Source of the DNA: Eledone cirrhosa
Lineage: Eukaryota
Assembly: GCA_964016885.1 (NCBI GenBank)
Contig: OZ024764.1
Span: forward strand, 10,292,001-10,356,000
Length of the DNA stretch: 64,000 bases
Direction: 5' to 3'
The notes beneath the pieces are model-generated. The model had not been told where the DNA came from and ran no database searches. It saw only the letters and a list, made by a program, of their open reading frames with translations. The position numbers and the translations under genes are program-made. The first letter of the stretch is position 1, and every line of letters begins with the position of its first letter. Positions 12,590-26,822 of this stretch are shown here, one piece after another.

Positions 12590-15030
12590 GCAAAGTGTCG
12601 TTGAAAAGCCGCACACATCTGCCCGAGATCGAGTAGCATGCGCCCGTCGTGGTCCGTCAAAGACTGGATCATGGTTTTGTTGCCATGACGGGCCTACGCC
12701 ACCCGGGCCCATCGGACGGCTTTCGTACCCTCGTGTCTGACAGCACGCACCCTAGCTCTGACAACGCAGCCTTCGTGCTTTGCGTTAAAAAATTGGTTGA
12801 GAGCCAATTTTGCCGCAAGCACGTTGGTCGATGCCTTTACTAAGCGCCTCGTCTAATTTGCTAACTAGTTCTCCCTCTGCTCTATTTTTCTCTATTACTA
12901 AACCTAATGGACTCTATTCTAATCGCTCTTTTCAGGGCAAACTACCATTTGTTGTTGACAATGGCCCCTGTCAACGCCCACTTAACTAATTCACTAATCC
13001 GGTCTCTGTAAGCTTTCGCGTTGTTAATGACATGTTTAGCTTCCAGTAGCCGAGTCCCTGTCTAAACCTATCTAAGTCAACCACACAGATCACGAATTAG
13101 TGATCCGTGTAGTTGACTATCTTCAAATGTGGACAGCCTATGCTAGCCCTATCTATTTACCTAAAAAATACCCTATCTAGATATGATCTGGATGACCTGA
13201 TGCAGTTTGTCCAACTCCACATTGGCACATTCGGGAAATCCAACCGGTACCTGTCAGACAGTTGGAAACGTCTGAGCAGGTTTGCGAGGCTTTACACCCT
13301 CTTCCCCTATCCGCTAATCCCACACAGTGCCAGCGTGTATCTAAGGTCCCGTTCCAGTTGCCCACTAACACTAAAGAAAGGTCTCCAGACCAAGAAAGGT
13401 CTCCAGACGCCAGAAGAAGTCAGGCTGTCCTGCTCCTGTTGGGGCATAGACAGCCACTAGCCTGAAAGCTTGCCCTTCTCCGCTAGTCACGTCTAGCACC
13501 ACCAACTTACCTTCTGGGTCCAAGACTTCTCTGGAATAATACAGCCACCTCACCCCTGATCCAGGATGGCTTGCAGATGTGTACAACTTGTAGCCGCCGA
13601 AAAGGGGTGTGAATGCCTGTGCCTCGGAGATTCTGGTCTTGCTGATGGCCACCACATCTATGTTTAGCAACCTGGGATCGTTTAACAGGTGGCCCTGCTT
13701 CCAAGACGACCTCAGACCACGTGCATTTATGCTACCTATCCTGAGAGAAGCCATGTTGGCTAGGATAGGAGGAAAACAAGTGAGAGGGGAAAAGTAAAAA
13801 CAATTTACCTATGGCTCTTTTTTAGGAAGGGGGTGGGTAATCCATCCCTCCGACCAATGGCTGGTTTCTCCACGAGAATGTCTGTGAATATTCTTTTAGT
13901 GATGGTCCCTCTGTAGTCTCCAATTGATGTGGGGAACATTTTTTTTAATGTCATGTAATTTTTTGGGATAATTTCTATTATTTTTATGTGTGTGGGGTGT
14001 AATTTTGGTGGTCTGTACGTAGTTTGTTTCTGCGGTGTTGAATGTAATTTAAAAGCTTTGTGTTGTCTGTGTCTATGGCTGTGTATTGTGTCTGTTGTTG
14101 AGGTGTTGTTGTTGAGGTGTTGGTGCTTTCTGTGTTTGCTGTGGTGTTGTTGGAGATGACGATGGGGTAGATGCTAATGGTGGAGTTGGTGGTGGTTGTG
14201 GGAGTGTGGCTGTTGATGGTGATGTAGGTGGGGTCGTTTTCATATTCTTTTTTTGGAGGGCGAAGGTAGGGAGTTCTTCCTTTTTTTTTGTTGCGATGGT
14301 TTTCCATTCTTCGGCTTCATCGCACTCCTTGTCTGATTTAGCAATATGGGGAAGGGGCATGCTCTCCATTGCTTGTTGGTGGTGGAATAGATGGTGCTTT
14401 TGTTGTTGGGGGATAGTGATTTTTCTTCTGCCACTGTGGTCTTGGTTGGTTTGTCCACTCCAGTCGCGGGACATGGTGTAGGGAGAAGGGGGGAGCGCGT
14501 GTACGTTTTGGTGAGTTTGGGGCAGAAGGCCTTAAGGTGGGTCTTGTCACCGCATCCATGACACCTTGGGAGCCTACCTTCGACAGTCACAGGTAGATGG
14601 CGGCAGTCGTCCAGGTCTATTACATCAGGGACGGCCTCGATGCTCTCATGGGTTGCTTGGATGATTAGCTCCATCCCCGACCCTGTCCAATTCTTCTGTC
14701 TTATTCACGTCGAGGATAGTTCTTGAATCCTCGACGTCAGCAAGGACGGCCACCATCAACCCCGCGATCTCCACTGAGGGCGGAACCTGGGTTACTCGAA
14801 CCCTCACGACTCTCTGCCCGCAGTATGTGGAGTGGTGCAATGGAGTGTGCTCTGGCTCCTTCTGGTGTAGCGAAGAGCACATCCACAGTGCCACACCTTG
14901 ATCCCCGGACTATGTATGTTTTCTGGGCCCAGACGGCACCCATAGCTCTTCGGACCTGCGACTCCGTTGCCCGTTCGACTCGACACGATTTTGTTCCGAT
15001 TGTGCGGTAACTGACCGAACACAAAGGCTT
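12590..15030 (-). mobile_element. Degenerate L1/Tx1-like non-LTR element (ORF1 zinc knuckle plus ORF2 AP-endonuclease fragments)
   Basis: VTVEGRLPR-CHGCGDKTHLKAFC (CX2CX4HX4C); ORF2 start MASLRIGSINARGL...FRLVAVYAP; frameshifted. Confidence 0.75.
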
Positions 15031-15087
15031 GTTTTTTATTATATCAGCTGGGTGGGTGAGACTTACCCTGTGTCCGGTCTTTTTAAT

Positions 15088-15418
15088 GGAGGCATATTAG
15101 TGGTTAGAGCATTGGCCTTGCAATCGAGAGGTTGTGAGTTCAATTCTCAGACCAGGTGATGTGTTGTTTCCTTGAGCAAGACACTTTATTTCACATTGCT
15201 CCAGTTTACTCAGCTGTAGAATTGAGATGATAGGGACTGGGGTCCCTATCATTCCACTGCAAAGTGGTCGTGGAGGTGCCACAGTAAAAAAGCACCCAGC
15301 ACTCACTGTAAATGAGGTTGGTGTTAGGAAGGGCATCCAGCTGTAGAAATCAAGCCAGAATCAGTTCCCGTCCCACCCTTGCAAGCAGGGAAAAGCGGCC
15401 GTAAAATGAAATGATGAT
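15088..15418 (+). mobile_element. tRNA-derived CORE-like SINE, full length
   Basis: A-box-like TTAGTGG and B-box GTTCAATTC; central ccttgagcaagacactt...ctcagctgtag (CORE-like); tail shared with the RTE LINE. Partial copies at 141-410 and 18671-18940. Confidence 0.8.
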
Positions 15419-15796
15419 CTTCGCTTGTTTTATTTCCTCATTGGTGATGTGTACCAGCTCAACATTTTTTGTGGCTTTAGTGAACGATGTTGTTGTGGTC
15501 TGCCGTGCTGACTCATCGTTAGTCTTGCCTTTGTTGCTGTTGTTGTTGTTGGTGGTGGTCTTGTTAGCCTTTTTTCTTCTTCTGTGTTGCTGCTGTTAGT
15601 TGTTACTCCCATGGTTCTTTATGGCTGTTGTTGTTGAGGTGACGGTGGTGCCTGATCCTTCTAATGATGGAACATTTTTGTAATAGTTTGACATTGTGTT
15701 GCTGTTGTCACCACCACTGCCACTGCCACTGCTGTTGTTGTCACTGCCACTGTGGCTGCTGCTGTTTCTGTTATAATGTATAATATACATTATTAT

Positions 15797-17815
15797 ATAT
15801 CATCATCATCATCATTTTACGTCCGCTCTTCCCTGCTTGCAAGGGTGGGACGGGTCTTATTCAGCACAGCATCTCTCCACTCATCACGGTCCCTCGTCAT
15901 CTCCACCGTGAGCTTCAGCGATCTGAGGTCTGTTCTCACCAACGCTGCCCATGTTTTTCGTGATCTACCTCTACCACGTCTTCCTTCAACTGGCAATTCC
16001 TGGCACTTCTTCACCCATCGGTCATCCTCCATGCGCATCACATGTCCATACCACCTCAGTCTCCTCTCCCATACTCTACATTCTATCCCTCTCAGACACA
16101 GTTTCTCTCTCAGCACATTATTACTGGGTCGTTCATGCACATCCAACGGAGCATGCTTGCCTCATTTCTCTCCAGCCGTCGCATATCCTCTGCAGTTGCT
16201 GCCCATGTCTCACTACCATGCAGCATCGCGCTCCTCACATAGGCATCATATAACCGGCCTTTCGTACGCAGGGAGAAACCCTTCTTCGTCAGCAGAGGAA
16301 GCAGCTACCTAAACTTCTTCCAACCCGTCCTTATTCTAGATACTATGGCATCGGAACACCCCCCTCCCATGCTATTCTGATCTCCTAGGTACCGGAAGCT
16401 ATCCACCACTTCTATAGCACCCGCCTGCATTTGAAAAATGTGTCTATCAATGCGACTTCTACTGTCTAATTTCCCTGTACATTTACTGCATACATATTTC
16501 TCCCTACCTGTTAGTTTGCCTGCTATCCCACTACATCTCTTGTGTACCCAGGATCTGCATTGTGTGCATTTTATAGAATTTATGCCAGTTTCTTTTCTGC
16601 ATATCGAACATGGCCATTTCCCTGTCGGAATCAGAGTTTTGTCCTGTTTTCTACTCATCAACACTTTTGTCTTAGCTAGGTTCACTCTCAGTCCTCTTGC
16701 TTCCAACTGCTGGTTCCATAGCCAGAATTTATTCTCTAGCTCCTCTATTGATTCTGCGATAAGAACCAGATCGTCAGCATAGAGAAGTTCCCATGGGCAG
16801 CCAGTCTTAAACTCCTCTGTTATGGCTTGGAGGACTATAATGAACAAGAGCGGGCAGAGGACTGAACCTTGATGTACTCCTACCTGTGTCTGGAATTCCT
16901 CACTAAACTCCATTCCTACTCTCACTTTACTGACAGCACCCCTGTACATAGCTTGCACTGTCCTTACAAGCCATTCCTCTACACCTAGCTTCCTTAGGGA
17001 CCACCAGATGACAGATCGGGGTAGCCTATCAAAGGCCTTCTCTAGGTCAACAAAGGATAAGTATAGTGGCTTATTCTTCTCTAAGAACCTCTCTTGCAAT
17101 TGTCTCACCAAGAAGAGGGCATCTGTTGTACTCTTCCCAGGCACAAAACCAAACTGCATCTCATCTAGTTTGACCCTTTCTCTAATTAGTTGTGCTAATA
17201 TCCTTTCTGCCACTCTCCAGAGCATCCCCTTTACTTTTGTAGCAATTTATGAGAATACTGCTGCACCAGTCTTTGGGTATGACACCACCATATATAGCCT
17301 GATTGATGATGCATGTAACCAGTTTAGTGCCTACATCCCCTGATGCCTTCATCATCTCAGCAAGTATTCCCGATGGTCCAGCAGCCTTACCATTTTACAT
17401 TTCCTTAATCGCCTCTTGAACCCTATATTCGTCAATCTCAATAGCTGGTCCCTCTGTCGGATCTACTGAGGGTAATTTCTCTCTCTCCCATTCATTCTCC
17501 ACGTTCATCAGTCTCTCATAATGATATTTCCAGGCCACCTTTTTCTGATCATTCGAGACACTAAGTACACCGGCATAATTCCAGACACACTTATCTCCAA
17601 CAACATCCTGATTTGCATTGACACTCTGCCTTGCAATATGGAACACCGCACGTCTCTGATCTTCCCATCGCAGAACATTGGCAAACCCCCTACTCTCAGC
17701 CTCCCTGCGTGCTAAGTACACCTGATGTCTAGCTTCTCTCTTAGCAGCTGTATATCCTTCCCTACTCCCACCCTTTTTCCAAGCCTTCCATACTAGTCTT
17801 TTGTCTCTAATGGAT
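15797..17815 (-). mobile_element. 5'-truncated, frameshifted RTE-clade LINE (RT plus 3' end)
   Basis: QFGF...FVDLEKAFD...GVHQGSVL.PLLF...LYADDL...FRYLG, then RRLRWYGHVMR and GRGRSRKTW, ending in a (TGA)n tail. Confidence 0.93.
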
Positions 17816-18530
17816 CTAAAATATATATTATATAATCTCTAATATATATATATATATACGTATAATATATAATATATATATACTAGCCAAATTGCTGCGT
17901 TTCACACATTGTTTTTGTAAGAAAATGATGACTGATTTTAAATCAGTGATATAATTTATGGAGAAAACTATCAGCAATCAAAAGCTGTTGTCTTTCTTCT
18001 TGAGAGTCATTTCTTCTTGCAACTCTATGGCGAACTCTATCTGGTTCTTGTCTTTCTTGATGCTCACCAAAGGTTTCATTTTGCAGAGACTCTGTTTGAC
18101 TAGAAAGTCGTTCTTCCCTTGCATCACAGCTTTCAGAGTGACGACAAAGCCTCATCCTTTTTACATAACTGGATTTTCTTTTCCATGGCATAAGGGATGT
18201 CTGAAAAAAATGTCTAAATTAGCAAAATTTTACTATAAAAGAGAGGGGCTGTTTTTCTTGATTTACGTTTAATTAATAGAAAAACCCTGTGATAATAAAG
18301 GTTCCAATACTCAAGTTATAGGCTTCCAAAATTTCCACTATAGGGGGTTTAACTCCCATTAGGGTATCTTAATATTATTGAAATTTGCTGAAATTTTGTG
18401 AATAAGCATCATAGCTTGTCATTTACCTATGGTTTAAATTTCATATAAATCGAAGGGAAAACATTTTCAGCAGGGAACCCTTTGATTGAAATTACCTTGG
18501 GCAATGTAGTTTCAGGATATATATGGTTAT

Positions 18531-21500
18531 GGGGGTATATCTCCAAAACCATAGGAGTTTGTGAACAAACACAGGAACTACAACTTTATATATATATCAT
18601 CATCCTCGTTTAACGTCCATTTTCCACGCTAGCATGGGTATATATTATATATAATATGTATATAAATGGACATGTTGTTTCCTTGAGCAAGAGACTTTAT
18701 TTCACATTGCTTCAGTTTACTCAGCTGTAGGAATGAGATGATAGGACTGGGGTCCCTATCATTCCACTGCAAAGTGGTAGTGGAGGTGCCACGGCAAAAA
18801 AGCACCCAGCACTCACTGTAAATGAGGTTGGTGTTAGGAAGGGCATCCAGCTGTAGAAATCAAGCCAGATTCAATTTCCGTCCCACCCTTGCAAGCAGGG
18901 AAAAGCGGACGTAAAATGAAATGATGATTAAATGATGATGATAATATATAATATATTTATATTATATATCATCATCATCGTTTAATGTCCATTTTCCATG
19001 TTAGCATGGGTAGGATGGGTTGACCCTTTTGGGGAATCAGCTCAGAGGACTGTGCTATGCTCACCTGGGGCTGATTTTGGCTGGATGCCAACCATATTTA
19101 CAGTGTGTGCTGGGTGCTTTTTGTCGAGTCACCTACATGTCCAATTTACAGGGTAGACTGGGCACTTTTTGTGGGAAGGGAACTAGGGAGGGTGGGGGAA
19201 GAAGTTTATGGCGTGGAATAGGAATTAAGGAGTGTGGTGGAGGATGGCTTGGAGAATTTGGGAGTGTAGATAATAGGGGAGGGATGGTTACAGCGATGGG
19301 AGGTGGATGGAAGGGGAGAAGGTAGAGATAGGTGTTGCCTATTAGATATATGCCTCAGCTCAAGCATATGTGAGGGCGGGTCTTCTGTAGTAATGCATAG
19401 CCCCAGAGGTCACGGTCCTGTGTCCTCACCTTGGTGAGGTGTAATTGTGCAAGGTCAGCTTTTATCACCTCATCCAAAGTCTTCCTAGGCCTACCCACAC
19501 CTTGGCTACCATCAACTTTGAGTGCTCTGCACCTTTTTATACAGCTGTCATCCTTCATACCCATCACATGTCCATACCAATGCAATCTCCTCTCCGACAC
19601 ACAACAACTGATCCCTCTTATGCCTAATTTCTCACGCAGTACATTTATACTTTGCCATTCACGTATACTGCAATTGCACATCCATCGAAGCATGGAAGCT
19701 TCATATATATAGTAATAATAATAAATTTGAAGACTAAAATCCAAAGAGGGCTCGATAAGGATAAATATATATCAAATATATAAGAACCATAGAGCAAATA
19801 TTTATTAAAATAACAGATTAAAGTTTAAGCAAAGAATCGCTGCTTTCACCCATAAAAAAGTTTCAGAAGATCCCGTTAAGGATGAAAGCAGCGATTCTTT
19901 GCTTAAACTTTAATCTGTTATTTTAATATATATATATATCTAGGGTGGGTGAAATTCCCGAGATCCCTATGTCAAACTCAGTCTCCCTCTTCTCGTGTGT
20001 CCGTGCAGGGGCTCCCACAGGACCACTGAGTGCAGTGTCAACTCTGCATGTCCAGCTAACCTCAGTCTGCCCTTTAACTTACGAGCTGACGGTGTTTTTA
20101 TTTGGGGGGGGGGGGGGGGGGCTCCCGTACAGCTCTGAGTTCTTCATCCTCAGTGTATATAATATATAACAAAGAGGGTGTGATAAGATACCAGGTGGAC
20201 CATAATGTATCAGAGTACTCAATACTTAGGGTTGTAGAGTGGGTATTAGGAACAGAGGCAGGACCCCGACGGCTGAGCTCTGGCCGTTTCGATAGCTAAG
20301 ATCCGAACTGGTGGATTAAAAATCTAATAAGAAACAGGAGCTTGGTAGTAGTGCCGGGATTTAAGTGTGGTATGGGTCGAAGAGTGTTCCATTACGGAAG
20401 TAGGAGCTAAAGAACAAAGATACAAGGTGGATCATAACACAGCAGAGTACTCGATACTTAGGGCAGCAGAACTCAGCCGTCGGGGTCCTGACTCTTTTCC
20501 TATATAATATATATAGCTTCCGATATCTAGGTGGTCAGATTAACAAGGGGGGAGGATGCTCAGAGGCCATCGTATCTAGAATAAAGACAGGATGGAACAA
20601 GTTTAGCGAGGTGTTTCCTCTGTTGACAACGAAGGGTTTCTCCCTACGAACGAAAGGCCGGTTGTATGATGCCTGTGTGAGATATAGGTAGCAACAGCTA
20701 CAAATAAAACAGTAAAATAACTCACTTATTCGGTTAAATCCTTCACAATTAAACGAGAAATATTTCTAACACGTGTTTCTAGTAAGTTTACACTTTCAAT
20801 ATCCGGTAGAGGGAATTACAAAATCTGGAATCATTTAACGAAACGAAACTTTGTAATGAAAAACGAAATACAAATAGTAAATTTTTATTTTTATTAAATA
20901 AAATACCAGTAATTCACTGTAGTTAATTTAATCAACTTTCGTCTCTCTCCCCACAAAAATTAATTGCTCCTCTTGTGGTGCTAAATCAGGAACCATTTTA
21001 GTAATAATTGTTTCAACTTTGGGCACAAGGCCAGCAATTACACCAGTGCAGCACTGGTACTTTATTTTATCGACCCCGTAAGGATGAAAGGTAAAGTTAA
21101 CCTCGGTGGGATTTGAACTCACACCGTATAGGGACGTAACTCTATGCTGCAAAGCATGGCGTCCGACCCTGCCAATAACTTTAGGCTGGTGGTGGTAGAT
21201 TGGCAGCAGAATCGGTAGAGCGCCGGACAACATGCTTTGTGGCATAGAGTTATGTCCCTTTACGTTCTGAGCTAAAATCTCACTGAAGTTACTTTGCGTT
21301 TCATCCTTACGGGGTGGTTAAAATGAATTACCAGTAATGTACTGGGGTCAATTTAATCGACTTTAACCCACCACACACACACACACACACACACACACAA
21401 ATAAATTGCCGGCCTTGTTCCTAAATCAGAAACAATAACTATAATTTAAAGGCCGTGAAATCTGAAACCATACAGGTCTCTATTTTGACCCCTATCTCTT

Positions 21501-22097
21501 CCGATGTTCTTAGCATCACCACAGCTATTTCTGATGGTCCCTCAGCTATATCACATTTAATCTCATTGGTTGAGTCTTTGACCCTAAAACAATCAACTTT
21601 AACCCTTAGCATTGACATTACTCTATATATACTATTGTATTTTCTCAGTAAAGGCTTTACCTCACATAACATTTACATTACTCTATATATACTATTGTAT
21701 TTTCTCAGTAAAGGCTTTACCTCACATAGCATTTACATTACTCTATAAATATATGTAAGTATGTAGCTATGACTGCTATTTCTAGCAGGTTTATGGCTGT
21801 CCTGTAGACGCACACAAAAACCGGAAGTGGCAGCCATTAAAAAACTTTGGCTTAAAATCAGCCAAAAGATTTTCAATAATAGTAAAATTTTATTTTTGAC
21901 AAGGACGATAACTTTTGTCTTACTTAATCGCAAAAATTGAGGCAAAAATTTTGCGGTTGTGCAGTTTACACGCTAAAATATACCTGCTAGAAATAGCAGT
22001 CATAGCAACTCACTTACATATATTTATATATCATATATATATATATATATGATATATATGGACACTTTAGAAATAGCAGCGAATAACAGAAAGAAGG

Positions 22098-22144
<47 letters not shown>

Positions 22145-22603
22145 TATATATACACACACACACACACACATATATATATATGCCCCAGCATACACACACA
22201 CACACACATATATATACATATATATATATGCCCCAGCATGGTCTTGTTCGATCGTCTAACTAAGGCCAATAATAAAATACTTCAAAATAAATTAAACACC
22301 CCTAAATCCGGGGTTACAACTTGGATTACTTAAAAGTCAGTAAAGCTGTAAAGATTCTATATTGTAAATAGGTGGTCGCAGGTTCGAATCCAGGCAAATC
22401 CTGAGAAAAATAACAAAAAGGACAATGTAGAAATAGCAGCCATAGACGAGAGGAGCACACACACACATACACATACATGTATATATATATATGTGTGTGT
22501 GTGTGTATATGTTTGGCTGCTATATATATATATAGCGGTCAACACACACACACACATATATATAGACACACACACACGTACATATGTAAGTGTGTGTGTT
22601 TGG

Positions 22604-22680
<77 letters not shown>

Positions 22681-24587
22681 AGAACAAAAGATGGTTAAAA
22701 GAGTTCCATGTATTTTATTATGCGCATTTCAAAAACAAATATCATCATGCAATAATATTTGTGCTTTCATCAGATAAAACAGGAAGACATGATATGAAGG
22801 TTAAAAAACACTTGTGGATAGTTCAGTTTTAAATCAACATATCATATATATATATGTTATATAAATATATGTGAGTTGCTATGACTGCTATTTCTAGCAG
22901 GTTTATTTTTAGCGTGTAAATTGCACACCCGCAAAATTTTTGCCTCGATTTTTGCGATTAAGTAAGACAAAAGTTATCGTCCTTGTCAAAAATAAAATTT
23001 TACTATTATTGAAAATCTTTTGGCTGATTTCAAGCCAAAGTTTTTTAATGGCTGCCACTTCCGGATTTTATTGTGCGTCTACAGGACAGCCAGAAACCTA
23101 CTAGAAATAGCAGTCATAACATCACACTTATGTATATTTATATATCAGGGATTCTCAACGAAGGGTGCACGCCCCACAGGGGGCAATTTGAATGTAACAG
23201 GGGCCAATTAGAAAGTGATATAATACGACCAAACTTCCAGTTACACTTTGTTCACATGTTATCGTGTATCTGGCAGCAGCTACGAGAAGTTTGTTTTGAT
23301 CATCGCGGCATCGTAGCTTTGTTTAATTAAAGCATTTCTACTTTATATTACAGTAGTAACACTTTTACAAGACTCGGTTTATTTCTATATTAAAGGGGAA
23401 CATAAACCTAATTTTGAAACGTTGAGGTGGGGCATGGAGCAAAAAAAGGTTTGGAACTACTGAAGACAACAAATCATCGTTTTTATTATTGTAATATATA
23501 TATATTTATTTAATTATATTTATATATGTGTACAGCAGCCAAACACTCATACATATAAGTGTGTTTGTGTGTCCTTCTTTCTTATGTTCGCTGCTATTTC
23601 TAAAGTGTCCATATATGCTAGAAATAGCAGTCAAATACCAACAAACAATACCAAATAAGAAGGACTAAACAAACTGCACACTCGCAAAATTTTCGTCTCG
23701 ATTTTTGCGTATTTTGAAGTATTTTATTATTGGCCTTAGTTAGACGATCGACCAAGGCCATATATATATATGTGTGTGTGTGTGTGTATATATATATACA
23801 TATGTGTGTGTGTGTGTCCTTCTTTCTGTTATTCGCTGCTATTTCTAATGTGTCCATATATATATATATATATATGATATATAAATATATGTAAGTGAGT
23901 TGCTATGACTGCTATTTCTAGCAGGTTTATTTTTAGCGTGTAAACTGCACACCCGCAAAATTTTTGCCTCGATTTTTGCGATTAAGTAAGACAAAAGTTA
24001 TCGTCCTTGTCAAAAATAAAATTTTACTATTATTGAAAATCTTTTGGCTGATTTTAAGCCAAAGTTTTTTAATGGCTGCCACTTCCGGTTTTTATTGTGC
24101 GTCTACAGGACAGCCATAAACCTGCTAGAAATAGCAGTCATAGCAACAAACTCACATCTATTTATATATCAGGGATTCCCAACGAGGGTTACAAATCCCA
24201 CAGGGATTAATTAGAATATAATAGGGGTCAATTTGAAAGTGATATAATACGACCAAACTTCCAGTTACACTTTGTCTCCACATGTTATCGTGTATCTGGC
24301 AGCACTTACGAGAAGTTTGTTTACATTTTGAAGTTTGTTTTGATCATCGCTGCATCGTAGCTTTGTTTAATTAAAGGATTTCTATTTTATTTTACAGTAA
24401 TAACACTTTTACAAGACTCAGTTTGATTTTATATTAAAGAAGAACATAAACATATTTTAGATGTTGAGGTGGGGCGTGTAGCAAAACAGGTTGGGAACCA
24501 CTGATATATATTTATTTATTTATGTCCTTTCTGTTGTTTTCTAAATTCTAAACTCTGCATTTTTATTTCGTTCTCTGGGATTCTAGC

Positions 24588-24654
<67 letters not shown>

Positions 24655-25800
24655 TATGGCATTCAATGTCACTTGACCCAGACTCAAAAAAGCCGTCGCT
24701 GATCGTTGGGGTTATAATTAAACTAAAGTGCTTCCACTGTGCACCATAAGGTGATTATGATCGTCGGCGGCTGTTTACTGCATTGAAAGAGCCTAAGTCT
24801 AAAAGATATATATATATATATATAGCTGTCGAAACGGCCGGAGCTCAGCCGTCGGGGTCCAGAATATTTTCATATATATATATATATGTGTGTGTGTGTA
24901 TTCTGCGACATTTGTATTTATAAATATATAAATAAGTATGTAATTATTTGAATAATAAAATCTGAGGTTTAAATATTTTATTTATTACCAATAACATTAA
25001 GAAAGGCATGAACAACACCACACCTTTTACTTCAATTTTGAAAGTAGGTTTATAAACATTAAATTTCATTGAACATTTGTAGCTGCTATGGTGGCTTGGT
25101 GGGAAATACCAGAAGCACTGGTGACCCTGGACTATGGTTCAATCCTGGTTGGGAAAAACTCACATATTAGACTTATTCAATATTTTTTCTTCTCATTTCT
25201 AGAGATAAATACATGTACATAAAGTAAATTGGTAGAGTCGTTAGAACATTAGATAGAATTCTTTGTAGTATTTTTTCCAGTTCTCTGCTCTAAGTCCAAA
25301 TCCCGCTGAGTTCAAATTTACTTTTCATCCATTCAGGGTTGATAACAAAGTACCATTCACGTACTAGGGTCAATTCTTCATTTTTATCTCTTTTTCACTC
25401 TCTATCCTTCTCTGGAAGAAATCTGTTTTATTCAGACCTGGAGAGATGTGCTCTGCCAGGTTTTATAATGAGTATGTGTCTTACTGAGGTCTGTGCCCTA
25501 GTTGGCTGGGTGTCCTAAGTGGCTCTGTCTCACTAAGGTCTGTACCCTAGGTGGCTGGGTGTCTCTCTAAGGTATGTGTCCTAAGTGGCTCTGTGTCTCT
25601 CTGAGGTCTGTACCCTAGGTGGCTCTGTGTCTAGCTAAAGGTCTGTACCCTAGGTAGCTGGGTGTCTCACTAAGGTCTGTACCCTAGGTGGCTGGGTGTC
25701 TCACTAAGGTCTGTACCCTAGGTGGCTGGGTGTCTCTCTAAGGTCTGTATCCTAGGTGGCTCTGTCTCTCTAAGATCTGTACCCTCGGTGGCTCTGTGTC
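18531..25800 (+). repeat. Segmental duplication, copy B
   Basis: Matches 1-7150 with scattered substitutions and microsatellite length changes. Confidence 0.95.
22711..22781 (-). ncRNA. Minimal type I hammerhead ribozyme motif (duplicate of 4155-4225)
   Basis: Same sequence as 4155-4225, inside the second copy of the segmental duplication. Confidence 0.75.
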
Positions 25801-26349
25801 TCTCTAAGGTCTGTACCCTAGGTGGCTGGGTCTCTCTCTGAGGTCTGTACCCTAGGTGGCTCTGTGTCTCTCTAAGATCTGTACCCTAGGTGGCTCTGTA
25901 TCTCTCTAAGGTCTGTACCCTAGGTGGCTGGGTGTCTCTCTAAGGTATGTGTCCTAGGTGGCTGGGTGTCTCTCTCAGGTCTGTACCCTAGGTGGCTCTG
26001 TGTCTCTCTAAGGTCTGTACCCTAGGTGGCTCTGTGTCTCTCTAAGGTCTGTACCCTAGGTGGCTGGGTGTCACTCTGAGGTCTGTATCCTATGTGGCTC
26101 TGATTAAAAATGTACCATTCAAGTACTGGGGTTGATTCTTCTTCTATATCTCTTTCTCACTAGAAACACCGTAGAGATATGGCATCCCTACAACTCCATC
26201 AGCAGTTAAGGGATCATACATATAAATATAATACCAGTCTAGTACTGGGGTTGATTTTCCTTCCATATCTCACTCTAACCTTCTTGCAGCTCTTTACAAG
26301 CACACCTGTGCCCCACACAAGGGTTTTTACCACAAAACCACATTTTATC

Positions 26350-26822
26350 TTCAGAGTTGCTGAAGCATGGAACAAACTACCTCCATCAGTTGTTAGCTGT
26401 CGAGACACTGCATCCTTTAAAACCTCCATGGAACAACAAACTACCTGCATCAGTTGTTAGCTGTCGAGACACAGCATCCTTTAAAACCTCCATGGAACAA
26501 ACTACCTGCATCAGTTGTTAGCTGTCGAGACACTGCATCCTTTAAAACCTCCATGGAACAAACTACCTGCATCAGTTGTTAGCTGTCGAGACACTGCATC
26601 CTTTAAAACCTCCATGGAACAAACTACCTGCATCAGTTGTTAGCTGTCGAGACACTGCATCCTTTAAGGCCTCCATGCTTCCCGAGATCCGCCAACACTA
26701 CAGCTAACACATACACACATGCACTTCCCTAACATTTGTGTATTATTCTATGTACTATACATACACCTTTGACGAGTTGTAGTGCACCTGAGCACTTTAC
26801 ACAATAATTTCATTATTATTAT
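26350..26822 (+). repeat. Same CR1-like 3' end with 5 x 61-bp expansion
   Basis: Same unit as 10663-11760, followed by the element tail ending in (ATT)n. Confidence 0.85.

Noticed and set aside
15088-15160. tRNA-like sequence (also 6460-6525, 3865-3900 and 34550-34620)
   Set aside because: Pol III box-like motifs without a complete cloverleaf; 15088 and 34550 run straight into SINE bodies.
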